From the NCBI GenBank assembly GCA_964626205.1, contig CAZVED010000005.1, forward strand, positions 31,603 through 95,602: DNA of 64,000 nucleotides. The letters are read 5' to 3'. The notes under the pieces are model-generated. The model was not told the DNA's origin, searched no databases, and saw only the letters and a program-made list of their open reading frames with translations. Numbering within the stretch: the stretch's first letter is position 1; each line of letters starts with the position of its first letter. Below, piece by piece: positions 1-11,136 of this stretch. This DNA is from an uncultured Gammaproteobacteria bacterium (GTDB lineage: Bacteria; Patescibacteriota; Patescibacteriia; SG8-24). The position numbers and the translations under genes were made by a program.

Positions 1-1096
1 ACCGCCACTGATTGCAGCAAACCGATCATCACGAACTTCGTGAGCAGCGACGAACCTCCGTAACTCACGAACGGCAGCGTGACGCCGGTGACCGGCAACA
101 TGCGGAGGTTGCCGCCGAGGTTCGTGAACATCTCGACGGCAATGGCGATGGCGATGCCTATCGCGAAGAACAGCGTGAAGTCGTCATGTGCGCGCTTCGC
201 CAAGAGATAACATCGATGGAAAAGCGTCCCGAACAACACCATGAGCATGACGACGCCAAAGAAGCCGAGCTCCTCCGCGATGACCGCGAAGATGAAGTCC
301 GTCTGACGCTCCGGAAGGAAGCGCAGCTGGCTCTGTGAACCGAAGCCGAGGCCCCGCCCGATGACCTGCCCGGACCCGATGGCGATGACGGATTGCGTGA
401 CGTTATATCCTCTGCCGAGCGGGTCGGAGTCAGGATCCATGAAGACGGTGATGCGGTCCTTCTGGTACGGCTTCAGCACGAAGATCCACGCCACCGCAAT
501 CGCGACAACGGCAGCGGCGACCATGATGAGGAGGTACGACCGCTTCACGCCAGCGAGCAACACCATGCCTCCCCACACGGACATGAGCAGGAGCGCGGAA
601 CCGAGATCCGGCTGAAGCATGACGAGCCCGACCACTACAGCCAACGCAAGACCGGAGCCGACCACATGCTTGAGACCACCCGGATGCCGCGCGTAGTCGC
701 TGAAGAAGCGCGCGAAGTAGACAATCATGAACAGCTTCACGAGCTCCACCGGCTGGATACCGAGCCCCGCGATGACGAACCAGCTACGCGAACCGCGCAC
801 GGTCGCACCAAAAAGCAGGACGGCGAGAAGGAGCACGATGGAGACGACGAGAAGCGGACGCGCCAGACCAGAGAGCTGACGATAATTGAACATCGGCAAG
901 GCAAGCGCGATGGCCGTACCGAACGCGGCAAAGAGAATCTGCTTCCGGAAGTTCCCGAAGTCCCCTGTCACACCTTCCGCACCAGGCATACCGAGCGATG
1001 TGCTGTAGAGCGCTGCGAGCCCGAAAGCGACGAGCAACAAGCTCGTTCCCAAAAGCACCCAATCGTACCGACGGAGATATCCGATATTCAACGACA
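1..1096 (-). CDS. SEDS-family peptidoglycan glycosyltransferase (RodA/FtsW), C-terminal part runs off window start
   Basis: Minus-strand translation gives MSLNIGYLRRYDWVLLG... and the C-terminal SEDS motif GVTLPFVSYGGSSLL. ATG at 1094-1096. Not in the ORF track because the ORF leaves the window. Confidence 0.8.
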
Positions 1097-1191
1097 TGCC
1101 GTCATGCTACGGCATGGAACGATGTGGGACAAGATGCGAAAACGCGATGTATCAAAAAAGTATTCATATGAAAAAACGATACCTTCTCTCC

Positions 1192-1236
1192 TGTCATTGC
1201 GAGGGTCGACGTACTCGTCGGTCCGCGGCAATGACA
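1192..1236. repeat. Palindromic element E1: TGTCATTGC-GAG-[GTCGACGTACTCGTCGG hairpin]-TCCGCG-GCAATGACA. Short member of the TGTCATTGCGAG family
   Basis: 9-bp terminal inverted repeat tgtcattgc/gcaatgaca enclosing an inner cgacg-tact-cgtcg hairpin. Shares the TGTCATTGCGAG end and the tcg-tact-cg hairpin with E3 (63485-63578). Confidence 0.55.
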
Positions 1237-1249
1237 AAATGGGTATCGT

Positions 1250-2143
1250 TTATCGTCCGGGAGCGATGTACACCGACAGGTCGAGGATGTTGATATCCGG
1301 CATGACTTCGATGCGCGTCACGGTCGGCAGCGGCGTGAACCAAGACGCCTCCACGGCACGACGTTCTCCTGCCATGAGACGGCTGATGGTGACATACTGC
1401 ACGCCAACGGCCTGCTGACCGGCGTAGGCGGTGACAAAAAACCCGGCGGAGTAGTAGCTGAAGGCCGTACGATTCACGACCGTGAACGACGCGCGCCCGA
1501 CCGACGACGCCGCGTCCACTGCTGGCGGAACAAAGACCGCGCCTTCGATGCCGATGTCGAGGCGGCGTGCGGCCCAGTCGCGGTATCCCGGAAAGACGAG
1601 ATGCGGATCGACACGTTCCCACCGCAGATTGCTGATGACGGTCCGCGCAGATGACGGACGCGCCTCCGCACGGACGCCGAGCGCATGGATGCGCTTGGTC
1701 TCTCCCGGAAGGAGGAAGCCGCGCTTCGCCGGAACGGTCATGCCGGGAGCGTCGAAGTGGTAGTCGAATGTCGCCATCCAGTTCTCGTTCGGATTCGTCG
1801 CGCGTGCGAAGAGATCGTAGCGCCCATCACCGGACGGCAGGATTGTCGCGTCCTCGAACAGGAGAGCCGTCTTGGCGCCGTACTGACGGAACGTCTCGAC
1901 CGGCACGCCGATGTGGCGGATGGTCGCGGCATCACGACGCTCCTGCACGCCGGAGACGAAGAACCAGTCGATGAACCCCCACGACGCGTACGCGAAGAGC
2001 GAGCCCGCGACGATACCGAGCAGGACGGTACCGACCTTCCTGACCAGCACCTGATGGGTCACCCACCAGTACCCCAATGACAGCTGTCCTTCATCAAGCT
2101 TTTCTCCTGTCGGATCGAATGCCATATAAAGGAAGTGTAGCAT
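1250..2143 (-). CDS. hypothetical protein with N-terminal transmembrane segment (start possibly at internal Met ~2125)
   Basis: 297-aa ORF. Hydrophobic segment VGTVLLGIVAGSLFAYASWGFIDWFFV near the N-terminus. No recognisable family. Confidence 0.45.
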   Translation of the reverse strand: MLHFLYMAFDPTGEKLDEGQLSLGYWWVTHQVLVRKVGTVLLGIVAGSLFAYASWGFIDWFFVSGVQERRDAATIRHIGVPVETFRQYGAKTALLFEDATILPSGDGRYDLFARATNPNENWMATFDYHFDAPGMTVPAKRGFLLPGETKRIHALGVRAEARPSSARTVISNLRWERVDPHLVFPGYRDWAARRLDIGIEGAVFVPPAVDAASSVGRASFTVVNRTAFSYYSAGFFVTAYAGQQAVGVQYVTISRLMAGERRAVEASWFTPLPTVTRIEVMPDINILDLSVYIAPGR

Positions 2144-2240
2144 TTTTTAAGGTCGTCGGCAACGCGCATCTTCCGACATTGTGAGCATTGACGAGTCGCT
2201 TCCTTCGTGCTAGGTTCGCCTCACGAAAGGAGTTGTTCCT

Positions 2241-2720
2241 ATGACGACCACTCCGACCGTTCCTTCCGAAACCGCGACACAGCTCTCCTTCGGCAAGTAC
2301 GTCCTGCACGCATTGCTCCCACTCCTCTTCACGTTGGGTGGAGCATGGGTCCTGAGCTTCTGCATCACGTACGTCACCGATGCGCCCCTGCAGCAGATCG
2401 ACCGCATCCAGGTCCTCGCGTTGACTGCGCTCCTCCTGTTCACGCAGGTGCTCATGAACGCGCATATCTATCGCGGTGTGCCGGCGGAGCAGGATGTCGC
2501 GATGTATGGCAGCCTCATCGCCCTCATAGGGGCGCTCGCGCTGTTCATCATCCTTGCCGGCGAGACAATTTTGCTGCTCTTCGCGCTCATCATCACGTAC
2601 GGCATACTAACCTTCGTGTCCGCGAGTCGCCCAAGAGTCTCTGTGAGGTATCTCCTCCTGCAGGGCGGCGCCGTGATGCTCCCAATCCTGCTTCTCCTCC
2701 CCCGCATCCTCGGCCTCTGA
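2241..2720 (+). CDS. hypothetical polytopic membrane protein
   Basis: 159 aa, 4-5 hydrophobic helices. RBS aaaggag upstream. Followed by a terminator. Confidence 0.5.
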   Translation: MTTTPTVPSETATQLSFGKYVLHALLPLLFTLGGAWVLSFCITYVTDAPLQQIDRIQVLALTALLLFTQVLMNAHIYRGVPAEQDVAMYGSLIALIGALALFIILAGETILLLFALIITYGILTFVSASRPRVSVRYLLLQGGAVMLPILLLLPRILGL

Positions 2721-2728
2721 GCCGCAGA

Positions 2729-2758
2729 CCGCCCTCCTCTGGGGGCGGTTTTCTTTTT
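2729..2758 (+). terminator. rho-independent terminator (CCGCCC-loop-GGGCGG + T-run)
   Basis: ccgccctcctctgggggcgg followed by ttttcttttt directly after the stop at 2718-2720. Confidence 0.7.
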
Positions 2759-2804
2759 AAGGACCCCATGCTACGGTCGAACCGTCACCGAAAAGGAGGC
2801 GCCA

Positions 2805-3235
2805 TGGACCATGACGGACCGTTTGCGCGCGCAATTCGCCGTTCGTTCATCCTGTACTCGTTCGTCTTGCCCGTCGCGCTCGGCCTCGTCGGTGCACTCT
2901 CTCCGAATGGACGAACGCTCATCATGAGCGGTGCGGACCTGCTCATCGGCATCCTCATCATCATCCTGCCGATGCTCCAGCGGAGCCGGTGCCCAGAGTG
3001 CTTCTCGGCGCTGTTCCATGTCGGCAACATGGGCTACGTGGCATTGCTCTTCTCGCGTTCACTCATTCTGGACCAGCCGAGAGCCTTCCTCCTCGCCTTC
3101 CTCTGGTCTGTCGTGACCATCGTCATCTCCCTGCGGAACGGCTTGGACCGCTACGTCCATCTCTACGCCCTGATCGGACAGATGATCGCCTTCGTCGCGA
3201 CGGTCCACCTGATCCTTCTCTGGATCCATGGCTGA
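2805..3235 (+). CDS. hypothetical membrane protein (143 aa)
   Basis: ATG at 2805 preceded by aaaaggagg. Several hydrophobic helices. The longer 2207-start ORF in the track is a GC-rich N-terminal extension. Confidence 0.5.
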
Positions 3236-3240
3236 CTCCT

Positions 3241-3272
3241 GCCCTCCGGCTTTTCGGAGGGCGTTTTCTTTC
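3241..3272 (+). terminator. rho-independent terminator
   Basis: gccctccggcttttcggagggc followed by gttttctttcc after the stop at 3233-3235. Confidence 0.65.
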
Positions 3273-3318
3273 CCGCGCTGTCCATCTCCCGCTCCCCTGC
3301 TTTTTCCGTTGCTCATAG

Positions 3319-5394
<2,076 letters not shown>

Positions 5395-5396
5395 CA

Positions 5397-5433
5397 AAAG
5401 AAAAAACGCCACCTCAACCGAGGTGGCGTTTCG
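5397..5433. terminator. bidirectional terminator (A-run, GCCACCTC-loop-GAGGTGGC, T-run)
   Basis: aaaagaaaaaacgccacctcaaccgaggtggcgttt lies between convergent gyrB (+) and the 5444-5920 gene (-). Confidence 0.7.
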
Positions 5434-5443
5434 TTCGTGGCGT

Positions 5444-5920
5444 TCACCAGCGGACCGGCGAAGCCTTGAAGCAGCGTTCGATGAACAATTCCGTGACGCG
5501 ATACTTGCCGTCGTCGCCACGACGAACGAGCAAGCCTTCTTCGGGGCTCAGCCAGTAGAACCGGAACGTGTCGGGAGCGGTCACCGACCACGTCGGCGCT
5601 TCACGATCCGACATGAACAGCCCATAGGCATCGATCGTCTTTGTTCCGACGCGTCCACCCGGACCAACAGGGCCGAGAAGATCCCATGCCTGGTACGGAA
5701 ATGTCCGTCCGGCGGCGCGTGCCGCACGGAAATGTCCCGTCAATTCAGCCTCGGTGAACGTTGCCCACTCGCCCTTGTCCTGACAGAACAGGACGAGACC
5801 GAGCGCGACCTGCTCCACTTCCGCCTGTCCGAATGCGGAGAGGAACTTCTTCGTCGCATCGATGTCCGACGGCATGATGCGGTACGACCCAACGACCGTC
5901 GGCGTTTCCAAAGAGCTCAT
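5444..5920 (-). CDS. hypothetical protein (159 aa)
   Basis: Start MSSLETPTVVGSYRIM preceded by GGAGG. The longer 211-aa ORF in the track is an N-terminal extension. No family recognised. Confidence 0.45.
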   Translation of the reverse strand: MSSLETPTVVGSYRIMPSDIDATKKFLSAFGQAEVEQVALGLVLFCQDKGEWATFTEAELTGHFRAARAAGRTFPYQAWDLLGPVGPGGRVGTKTIDAYGLFMSDREAPTWSVTAPDTFRFYWLSPEEGLLVRRGDDGKYRVTELFIERCFKASPVRW

Positions 5921-6024
5921 GGGAACCTCCTGTTGCTCCCCCACCCTACTATGCCTAGACAGCTCTTTCAACCGGAATAAAAATGGGGGTCGGCAAGCTG
6001 CCGACCCCGCTACTCGTTTTCTCG

Positions 6025-6540
6025 TCATGCGCTCGGCAACTCCGCAGGAAGCCCACCGAACGCACCAAGGTGTTCGCATGCCTGCCCTGCAAGCTCTGGC
6101 ACCCGCGCCACAATAAGTCCAAGCTCGTCATCCTTGGGAGCGTCCGCGAGAAGCCGCGTCGCGGCCTCATGCGCGTGCCCGTTCGAATACGTGATGATCT
6201 TCACGAGAGCCTTGCGTGACGGCGGGTCCTTTCGTACCAGAATCTGCCGCGCGGCTTCATCCGCATGCTCAGGCACGAATGCGAGGATGCACCGAAGCGT
6301 CGTCTCGCTCAGGTACGCCCTCGGATCCGTGAGCAAGCGCTCCGCGGCGATGCGCGCATGCGCGTCGGACGCGTAGATGATGACCATGCAGAGATCGTCC
6401 TCCGACGCATCTTCAGCGAACAAACGTCCGAGCAGTGCGTCGCAGAGCTTGATGGCGACCGGAAGCGCCTCACGGACGTGGTCGTTCGAGAACTCGCCAT
6501 TTTCGACCGCATCGAGAAAGAACTGCAATCGTGCGTGCAT
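6025..6540 (-). CDS. hypothetical protein, helical-repeat like
   Basis: 171 aa. GGAGG RBS before ATG at 6540. Composition is repeat/helix-like. No family recognised. Confidence 0.4.
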   Translation of the reverse strand: MHARLQFFLDAVENGEFSNDHVREALPVAIKLCDALLGRLFAEDASEDDLCMVIIYASDAHARIAAERLLTDPRAYLSETTLRCILAFVPEHADEAARQILVRKDPPSRKALVKIITYSNGHAHEAATRLLADAPKDDELGLIVARVPELAGQACEHLGAFGGLPAELPSA

Positions 6541-6659
6541 GACGTCCTCCGAAGTACTCCGTCACCGGAATGTGACACTTCAGCCTTACCGCATCCGAAG
6601 CCGTTTGTCAACGGTCGCGACATGAAAAAAACAGGGCCATCAAAGGCCCTGGTACGGAA

Positions 6660-7244
6660 CTACGCCTTGTCGCCTTCGACGGCGCCAGTCGCGCGAGCGC
6701 GGTACATGCTATGAATGAGATCGACCGCCTTGTGGCAGGTCATCGCGAGCGAGTCACAGAACTCCGGCGGCGCGGCACCGATGGCGCGCGCCTCTTCCGT
6801 CATGTCGTGCTTGAGGTAGCGCTGGCCCGAGAACGCAGTGTCGAATCCCGCGACCATCCTCCCGCCGAGCAACACGAACCGCATGGCCTGCTTGCCGAGC
6901 TCGTAGCGAGTGGTCTGCGCGAACGGTCGTCCGCAGTGGTGCGTTTCCTCGTTCGCGCACCAGAACAGCGTGACGCCGTACTTCGCGGCGTAGGCGAGAT
7001 ACCGACGCTCCCAGTCGTATTGCACGACGCGCTCCTCGTCCGTCAGGTCGACGAACCCACCAAGTCGGCGCGGTGACGCGATGTGGATGTCGCCATCGAT
7101 GGCACGGATGAGGTCGCGAGCTTCCGCCTGCCAATCCGGCGCGCCTTGGATGGGGCCGGCCAGGAAGATGAGCGGATCGTTCGGCCATGTCGGGCCACCG
7201 ATGTTCAAGCGTGTCGGAGGGGTGAAAAACGTACCTGGGAACAT
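6660..7244 (-). CDS. nucleoside 2-deoxyribosyltransferase / DNPH1(Rcl)-like Rossmann protein
   Basis: N-terminal IFLAGPIQG motif and the catalytic-Glu motif TRYELG (D/T-x-[FY]-E-x-G), both typical of the PF05014 family. RBS gaggagg before ATG at 7244. The 221-aa track ORF has an N-terminal extension. Confidence 0.5.
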   Translation of the reverse strand: MFPGTFFTPPTRLNIGGPTWPNDPLIFLAGPIQGAPDWQAEARDLIRAIDGDIHIASPRRLGGFVDLTDEERVVQYDWERRYLAYAAKYGVTLFWCANEETHHCGRPFAQTTRYELGKQAMRFVLLGGRMVAGFDTAFSGQRYLKHDMTEEARAIGAAPPEFCDSLAMTCHKAVDLIHSMYRARATGAVEGDKA

Positions 7245-7319
7245 GCTGCCTCCTCGAAAAGAGCGTTGTCGGGTCGCGCCGAGCTTGTCACGGAAAAAGC
7301 TCCGTGTCAAGGCGCGTAT

Positions 7320-7348
7320 TGACAACGGCGAGACAGTGCTGTACAGTC
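7320..7348 (+). promoter_or_regulatory. sigma70-like promoter TTGACA-17-TACAGT upstream of secE-nusG
   Basis: ttgaca at 7320-7325, a 17-nt spacer, tacagt at 7343-7348. Followed by a leader hairpin cccccgcctccgggcgg + T7 at 7365-7390, then secE. Confidence 0.5.
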
Positions 7349-7409
7349 ATCTCAGTCAGTTCCCCCGCCTCCGGGCGGTTTTTTGAAACCATTAAAACTC
7401 GGCCCCACT

Positions 7410-7622
7410 ATGGCCAACTTCTCTCTCTCGGACAACGCACTCGTCAACTATATCCGCGCCTCGCGCGAGGAACTCGGCAAGGTCGTCTGGCCGCCGCGCG
7501 CCAAGGTCGTGAAGCATACCGCGATCGTCGTCGCGCTCTCGCTCCTCGTCGGTGCGTTCTTCGGCGCGTTGGACTTCGGCTTCAGCACCGGCCTGCAGCG
7601 TGTCATCGAACTCGCGCAGTAA
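7410..7622 (+). CDS. secE: preprotein translocase subunit SecE
   Basis: MANFSLSDNALVNYIRASREELGKVVWP followed by a single C-terminal TM helix. Immediately upstream of nusG. Confidence 0.85.
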   Translation: MANFSLSDNALVNYIRASREELGKVVWPPRAKVVKHTAIVVALSLLVGAFFGALDFGFSTGLQRVIELAQ

Positions 7623-7633
7623 CCTTCGGAACT

Positions 7634-8179
7634 ATGGCCAAACAGACAGCCCAACTCGGCCGCCGTTGGTACGCCATCCATACGTACTCCGGCTACGAGG
7701 AGAACGTGAAGTACAACCTCGAGCAGCGTATCGAGTCGCTCGACATGAAAGAAAAGATCTTCGCCGTCCTCGTCCCGAAGGAGAAGAAGATCAAGATCAA
7801 GAACGGCAAGCGCAAGGTCGTCGAAGAGAAGATCTTCCCCGGCTACGTGCTCGTGGAGATGGTCGTGGATGACGCGTCCTGGTACGTCGTGCGCAACACG
7901 CCGAACGTCACCGGATTCATCGGCACAGGGACCATCCCGACACCGGTCTCCGACACGGAAATCAAGTCGCTCCAGAAGCGCATGGGTGTGGACGAGCCGG
8001 AATACAAGATCGACGTGGAGGTCAACTCCGCGGTCACCATCAGCGACGGTCCGTTCAAGAACTTCGAAGGCAAGGTCGCCGAGATCGACGAGGCTCGCGG
8101 AAAGATCAAGGTCCTCGTCAACATGTTCGGTCGCGAAACGCCGGTGGAGCTGGACTTCTTGCAGGTCAAGAAAGTCTAA
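7634..8179 (+). CDS. nusG: transcription termination/antitermination factor NusG
   Basis: MAKQTAQLGRRWYAIHTYSGYEENV (NGN domain) and a C-terminal KOW (GPFKNFEGKVAEIDEARGKIKVLVNMFGRETPVELDF). Confidence 0.92.
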   Translation: MAKQTAQLGRRWYAIHTYSGYEENVKYNLEQRIESLDMKEKIFAVLVPKEKKIKIKNGKRKVVEEKIFPGYVLVEMVVDDASWYVVRNTPNVTGFIGTGTIPTPVSDTEIKSLQKRMGVDEPEYKIDVEVNSAVTISDGPFKNFEGKVAEIDEARGKIKVLVNMFGRETPVELDFLQVKKV

Positions 8180-8196
8180 ATGACGGAATAGCGGCC

Positions 8197-8255
8197 ATCT
8201 CGGGGTACAACTTTTTGTCGAGCCATAGTCTCGCCAAAAAGTGTACCCGTCGTGC
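8197..8255. repeat. 59-bp palindromic element, copy A (inverted partner at 16307-16365, 58/59 identical)
   Basis: atctcggggtacaactttttgtcgagccatagtctcgccaaaaagtgtacccgtcgtgc. Itself an imperfect hairpin (ggggtacaactttttg / caaaaagtgtaccc) with inner stem cgag-ccatagt-ctcg. Confidence 0.85.
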
Positions 8256-8413
8256 CCGCCCCTATCCGTCACACTTCTACCTCAACGTCACCTGAGCACG
8301 TCGAACCGAAAGCGACCGATATCGAAAAGCGCATCCATGCGGGTGCGCTTTTCGCATTGACGGAAAACGCTTCTCATGCCCAAGATACGCACGCACCGCA
8401 AGGAGGTCTTTCC

Positions 8414-9832
8414 ATGACACATGTCCAGCAGGTCCGTTCCCCTATCGACGGGGAAGTCTGTTTCGAGCAGCAAAAGACGTACACCGCGACAGCCACCGGC
8501 ATGGGCACCCTCGCCGAGCGTACGTTCCGCGACTGGCGGCTCGTTCCCGCGCCTGTGCGCGGCGAGCTCGTCCGTCGCTTCGGTGAAAAGCTGCGCGCGC
8601 ACGAAGACGTGCTCGCGGCGGTCATCACCCGCGAGTCCGGCAAGCTCCTTTCGGAGGCGCACATCGAAGTCCGTAAGATGGCCGACATGTGTGACTTCGC
8701 AGCCGGACTCTCGCGACAGCTCCACGGCATCACCATGCCGTCGGAACGCGCACGTCACCGGCTCATGGAGCAGTGGCATCCGTTGGGGCCCGTACTCGTC
8801 ATCACGTCATTCAACTTCCCGGCAGCGGTCTTCGTCTGGAACGCCGCGCTCGCACTCGTCTGCGGCAACCCGGTCATCTGGAAGCCGTCGGAGAAATGCC
8901 TCGGTACTGCCGACCTCTGCACGCGCCTCTTCCGCGAGGCCGCGACGGAAGTCCCCGGCTGCATTGGGCACCGTCTCCTGCAAGTCGCCGTCGGCGGCGC
9001 GGACGTCGCGAAAGCGCTCGTCGCGCTCCCGTATGTCCGGCTCGTCTCCGCCACGGGCAGCTGCGCCATGGGTCGCGATATCGCGGCACGGTGCGCACCG
9101 GACCTCGGCAAGCGCATGCTCCTCGAACTCGGCGGCAACAACGCAAGCATCGTGACACCGTCCGCCGACCTCGCCTCAGCGGTTCCGGCGATCGTCGCTG
9201 CCGCGACCGGCATGGCCGGGCAACGCTGTACGTCGCTGCGACGCCTCATCGTGCATGAGTCCGTCCGTGACGCGCTCGTCGAGCGCCTCGAAGCCGCGTA
9301 CGCCGCACTCGTCGTCGGCGACCCGCGCATCGCGGGAACGCACGTCGGCCCGATGATCGACGCCGCAGCATCGCTCCGTATGACGATCGCGCTCCAGCGC
9401 GCCGCCAAGGAAGACGGCACGGTCGTCTATGGCGGCAAACGCGTGGCCGTGCCTGGATGCGACGGCGGCTACTACCGCCACCCCGCGCTCATTACGATGC
9501 CGAGCCAGACGGAGATCGTCCGCGAAGAAACGTTCGCACCGATTCTTTACGTCATGACGTATCGGTACTTCGACGACGCCATCGCGATGCAGAACGGCGT
9601 CGCGCAAGGGCTTGCTTCCTCCATCTTCACGAACGACGTGCGCGAGGCGGAAGCGTTCCTCTCGGCGGCTGGCTCCGACTGCGGCGTCGCTGCAGTGAAC
9701 ACCGGCCCCGCGCTCGGCGACATCGGTGGCGCGTTCGGCGGTGAAAAGGACACGGGCGGCGGCCGCGAGTGCGGCTCCGATGCCTGGCGGCAGTACATGC
9801 GACGGTCCACACAGGTCGTGAACTTCGGTTAG
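8414..9832 (+). CDS. aldehyde dehydrogenase, ALDH7/AASADH (piperideine-6-carboxylate dehydrogenase)-like
   Basis: ALDH motifs (SFNFPAAV, ELGGNNASIV, catalytic-Cys region GQRCTS, EETFAPILYV) and the ALDH7-specific C-terminus IGGAFGGEKDTGGGRECGSDAWRQYMRRST. RBS aaggagg before ATG at 8414. The track ORF from 8252 starts inside repeat A. Confidence 0.8.
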   Translation: MTHVQQVRSPIDGEVCFEQQKTYTATATGMGTLAERTFRDWRLVPAPVRGELVRRFGEKLRAHEDVLAAVITRESGKLLSEAHIEVRKMADMCDFAAGLSRQLHGITMPSERARHRLMEQWHPLGPVLVITSFNFPAAVFVWNAALALVCGNPVIWKPSEKCLGTADLCTRLFREAATEVPGCIGHRLLQVAVGGADVAKALVALPYVRLVSATGSCAMGRDIAARCAPDLGKRMLLELGGNNASIVTPSADLASAVPAIVAAATGMAGQRCTSLRRLIVHESVRDALVERLEAAYAALVVGDPRIAGTHVGPMIDAAASLRMTIALQRAAKEDGTVVYGGKRVAVPGCDGGYYRHPALITMPSQTEIVREETFAPILYVMTYRYFDDAIAMQNGVAQGLASSIFTNDVREAEAFLSAAGSDCGVAAVNTGPALGDIGGAFGGEKDTGGGRECGSDAWRQYMRRSTQVVNFG

Positions 9833-9838
9833 GCTCTC

Positions 9839-9870
9839 TGACGACCCTCTCTTCTGGGGGTCATTTTTTG
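9839..9870 (+). terminator. rho-independent terminator after the ALDH gene
   Basis: tgacgaccctctcttctgggggtca followed by ttttttg. Confidence 0.6.
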
Positions 9871-9900
9871 TATGAAAAAACCGACAGCAGATGCCGTCGG
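9871..9900 (-). terminator. rho-independent terminator for the convergent minus gene
   Basis: The minus strand reads ccgacggcatctgctgtcgg followed by ttttttcat. Confidence 0.6.
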
Positions 9901-9902
9901 CT

Positions 9903-10469
9903 TCACGTAGGAAAGAAGAGAATCGTCATCCCGAACACTGCACGTGACGCACGGAGGAACTGCCCCCATGAACGGACCTGTACCTCGCTCTGTGCCGGAT
10001 CGAGATACCACACCCTACGATGCGATGCCGCCACAAGAACGACGTAATGTGGCTCTGGTGACGACTCCTCGTTACCATGCAGGACGTTCACGTCGACGCT
10101 GGCAATAACCGGTCTGCGCGCGGAAAGCTCTCGCATGACCATCGGACGCGTGAGCGTTCCGGATACGACCGTGCCGCCGACATCGACGTACGCGGACGAA
10201 AGCGCTTTAACGATGCTATATGCATCCTTCGACGCCTGCAGACGCACCTCGGTCTTCACGCCACAGCTCGCAAGCCACGCGGCGATGTCGAACGGAGAGC
10301 ACCCCTGCCAACCGGTCGACGTCGTGTTCCAAGAGAACTCCTTCGCGATATCCGCAAGCGGAACCTCCGCTCCGGTCAGGTAAGCATTCACCATGCCTGC
10401 GCACGCAGGCCCACACCACCGCGAGCTTTCTGGCTGCATGAGCAAAGGGATAGAAAGGAACGTCGGCAT
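9903..10469 (-). CDS. papain-like cysteine peptidase, C39-like (Peptidase_C39_2) domain protein
   Basis: Candidate catalytic Cys in SRWCGPACAGMVNAY and His in EPHYVVLVAAS, with the spacing and context typical of C39-like peptidases. Confidence 0.5.
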   Translation of the reverse strand: MPTFLSIPLLMQPESSRWCGPACAGMVNAYLTGAEVPLADIAKEFSWNTTSTGWQGCSPFDIAAWLASCGVKTEVRLQASKDAYSIVKALSSAYVDVGGTVVSGTLTRPMVMRELSARRPVIASVDVNVLHGNEESSPEPHYVVLVAASHRRVWYLDPAQSEVQVRSWGQFLRASRAVFGMTILFFPT

Positions 10470-10644
10470 TCACCACCTCCTTCAAGGGTCGAGTGAAATG
10501 ACTGCCTTTTTTATCATGAAAGGAGCTTATCGTCAAGCTCAAGACCACCTCTTTACAACCTCCAACCCATACGGTAAGGTGTCGCGGTAACGGTGGACCC
10601 CATTTAAGCCGGGGCGCTTCTCTCCGTTGCCTAACGACGGTTCT

Positions 10645-11070
10645 ATGGCAAAGGCTATCAAGGCCCTTATCAAACTCCAGATCCCGGCAGGCAAGGCGAA
10701 TCCTGCGCCGCCAGTGGGTCCCGCGCTCGGCCAACACGGCCTCAACATCGCGGAATTCTGTCAGAAGTTCAACGCCGCGACGCAACAGCTCGGCGGCGAC
10801 ATCACCCCGGTGGTGATCACGGTGTACGATGATCGCACCTACGACTTCATCCTCAAGACCCCTCCGGCCTCCGTCCTCATCAAGAAGGTCGCAGGCATCG
10901 AGAGCGGCGCGAAGAATCAACTCACGGACACGGCTGGCAGCCTCACGAAGGCGCAGGTCCGCGAGATCGCCGAGAAGAAGCTCCCGGATCTCAACACCAC
11001 GAACATCGAGTCCGCCATGCGCATCATCGAAGGCACGGCTCGGCAAATGGGCGTGAAGATCAAACCGTAA
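10645..11070 (+). CDS. rplK: 50S ribosomal protein L11
   Basis: [35 protein letters not shown]... Confidence 0.95.
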   Translation: MAKAIKALIKLQIPAGKANPAPPVGPALGQHGLNIAEFCQKFNAATQQLGGDITPVVITVYDDRTYDFILKTPPASVLIKKVAGIESGAKNQLTDTAGSLTKAQVREIAEKKLPDLNTTNIESAMRIIEGTARQMGVKIKP

Positions 11071-11136
11071 GGATTACGAAACTATTCATGTGGGAGGTCC
11101 GCACGCGGACCGCAAACACCACGTAAACCGAATACT

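Noticed and set aside
393-1418. 341-aa plus-strand ORF at the window start
   Set aside because: Antisense to the SEDS (RodA/FtsW) gene, which shows the diagnostic GVTLPFVSYGGSS motif on the minus strand.
7290-7409. tRNA-Trp upstream of secE (a common arrangement)
   Set aside because: No cloverleaf or T-loop motif. The region instead contains a promoter and a leader hairpin.
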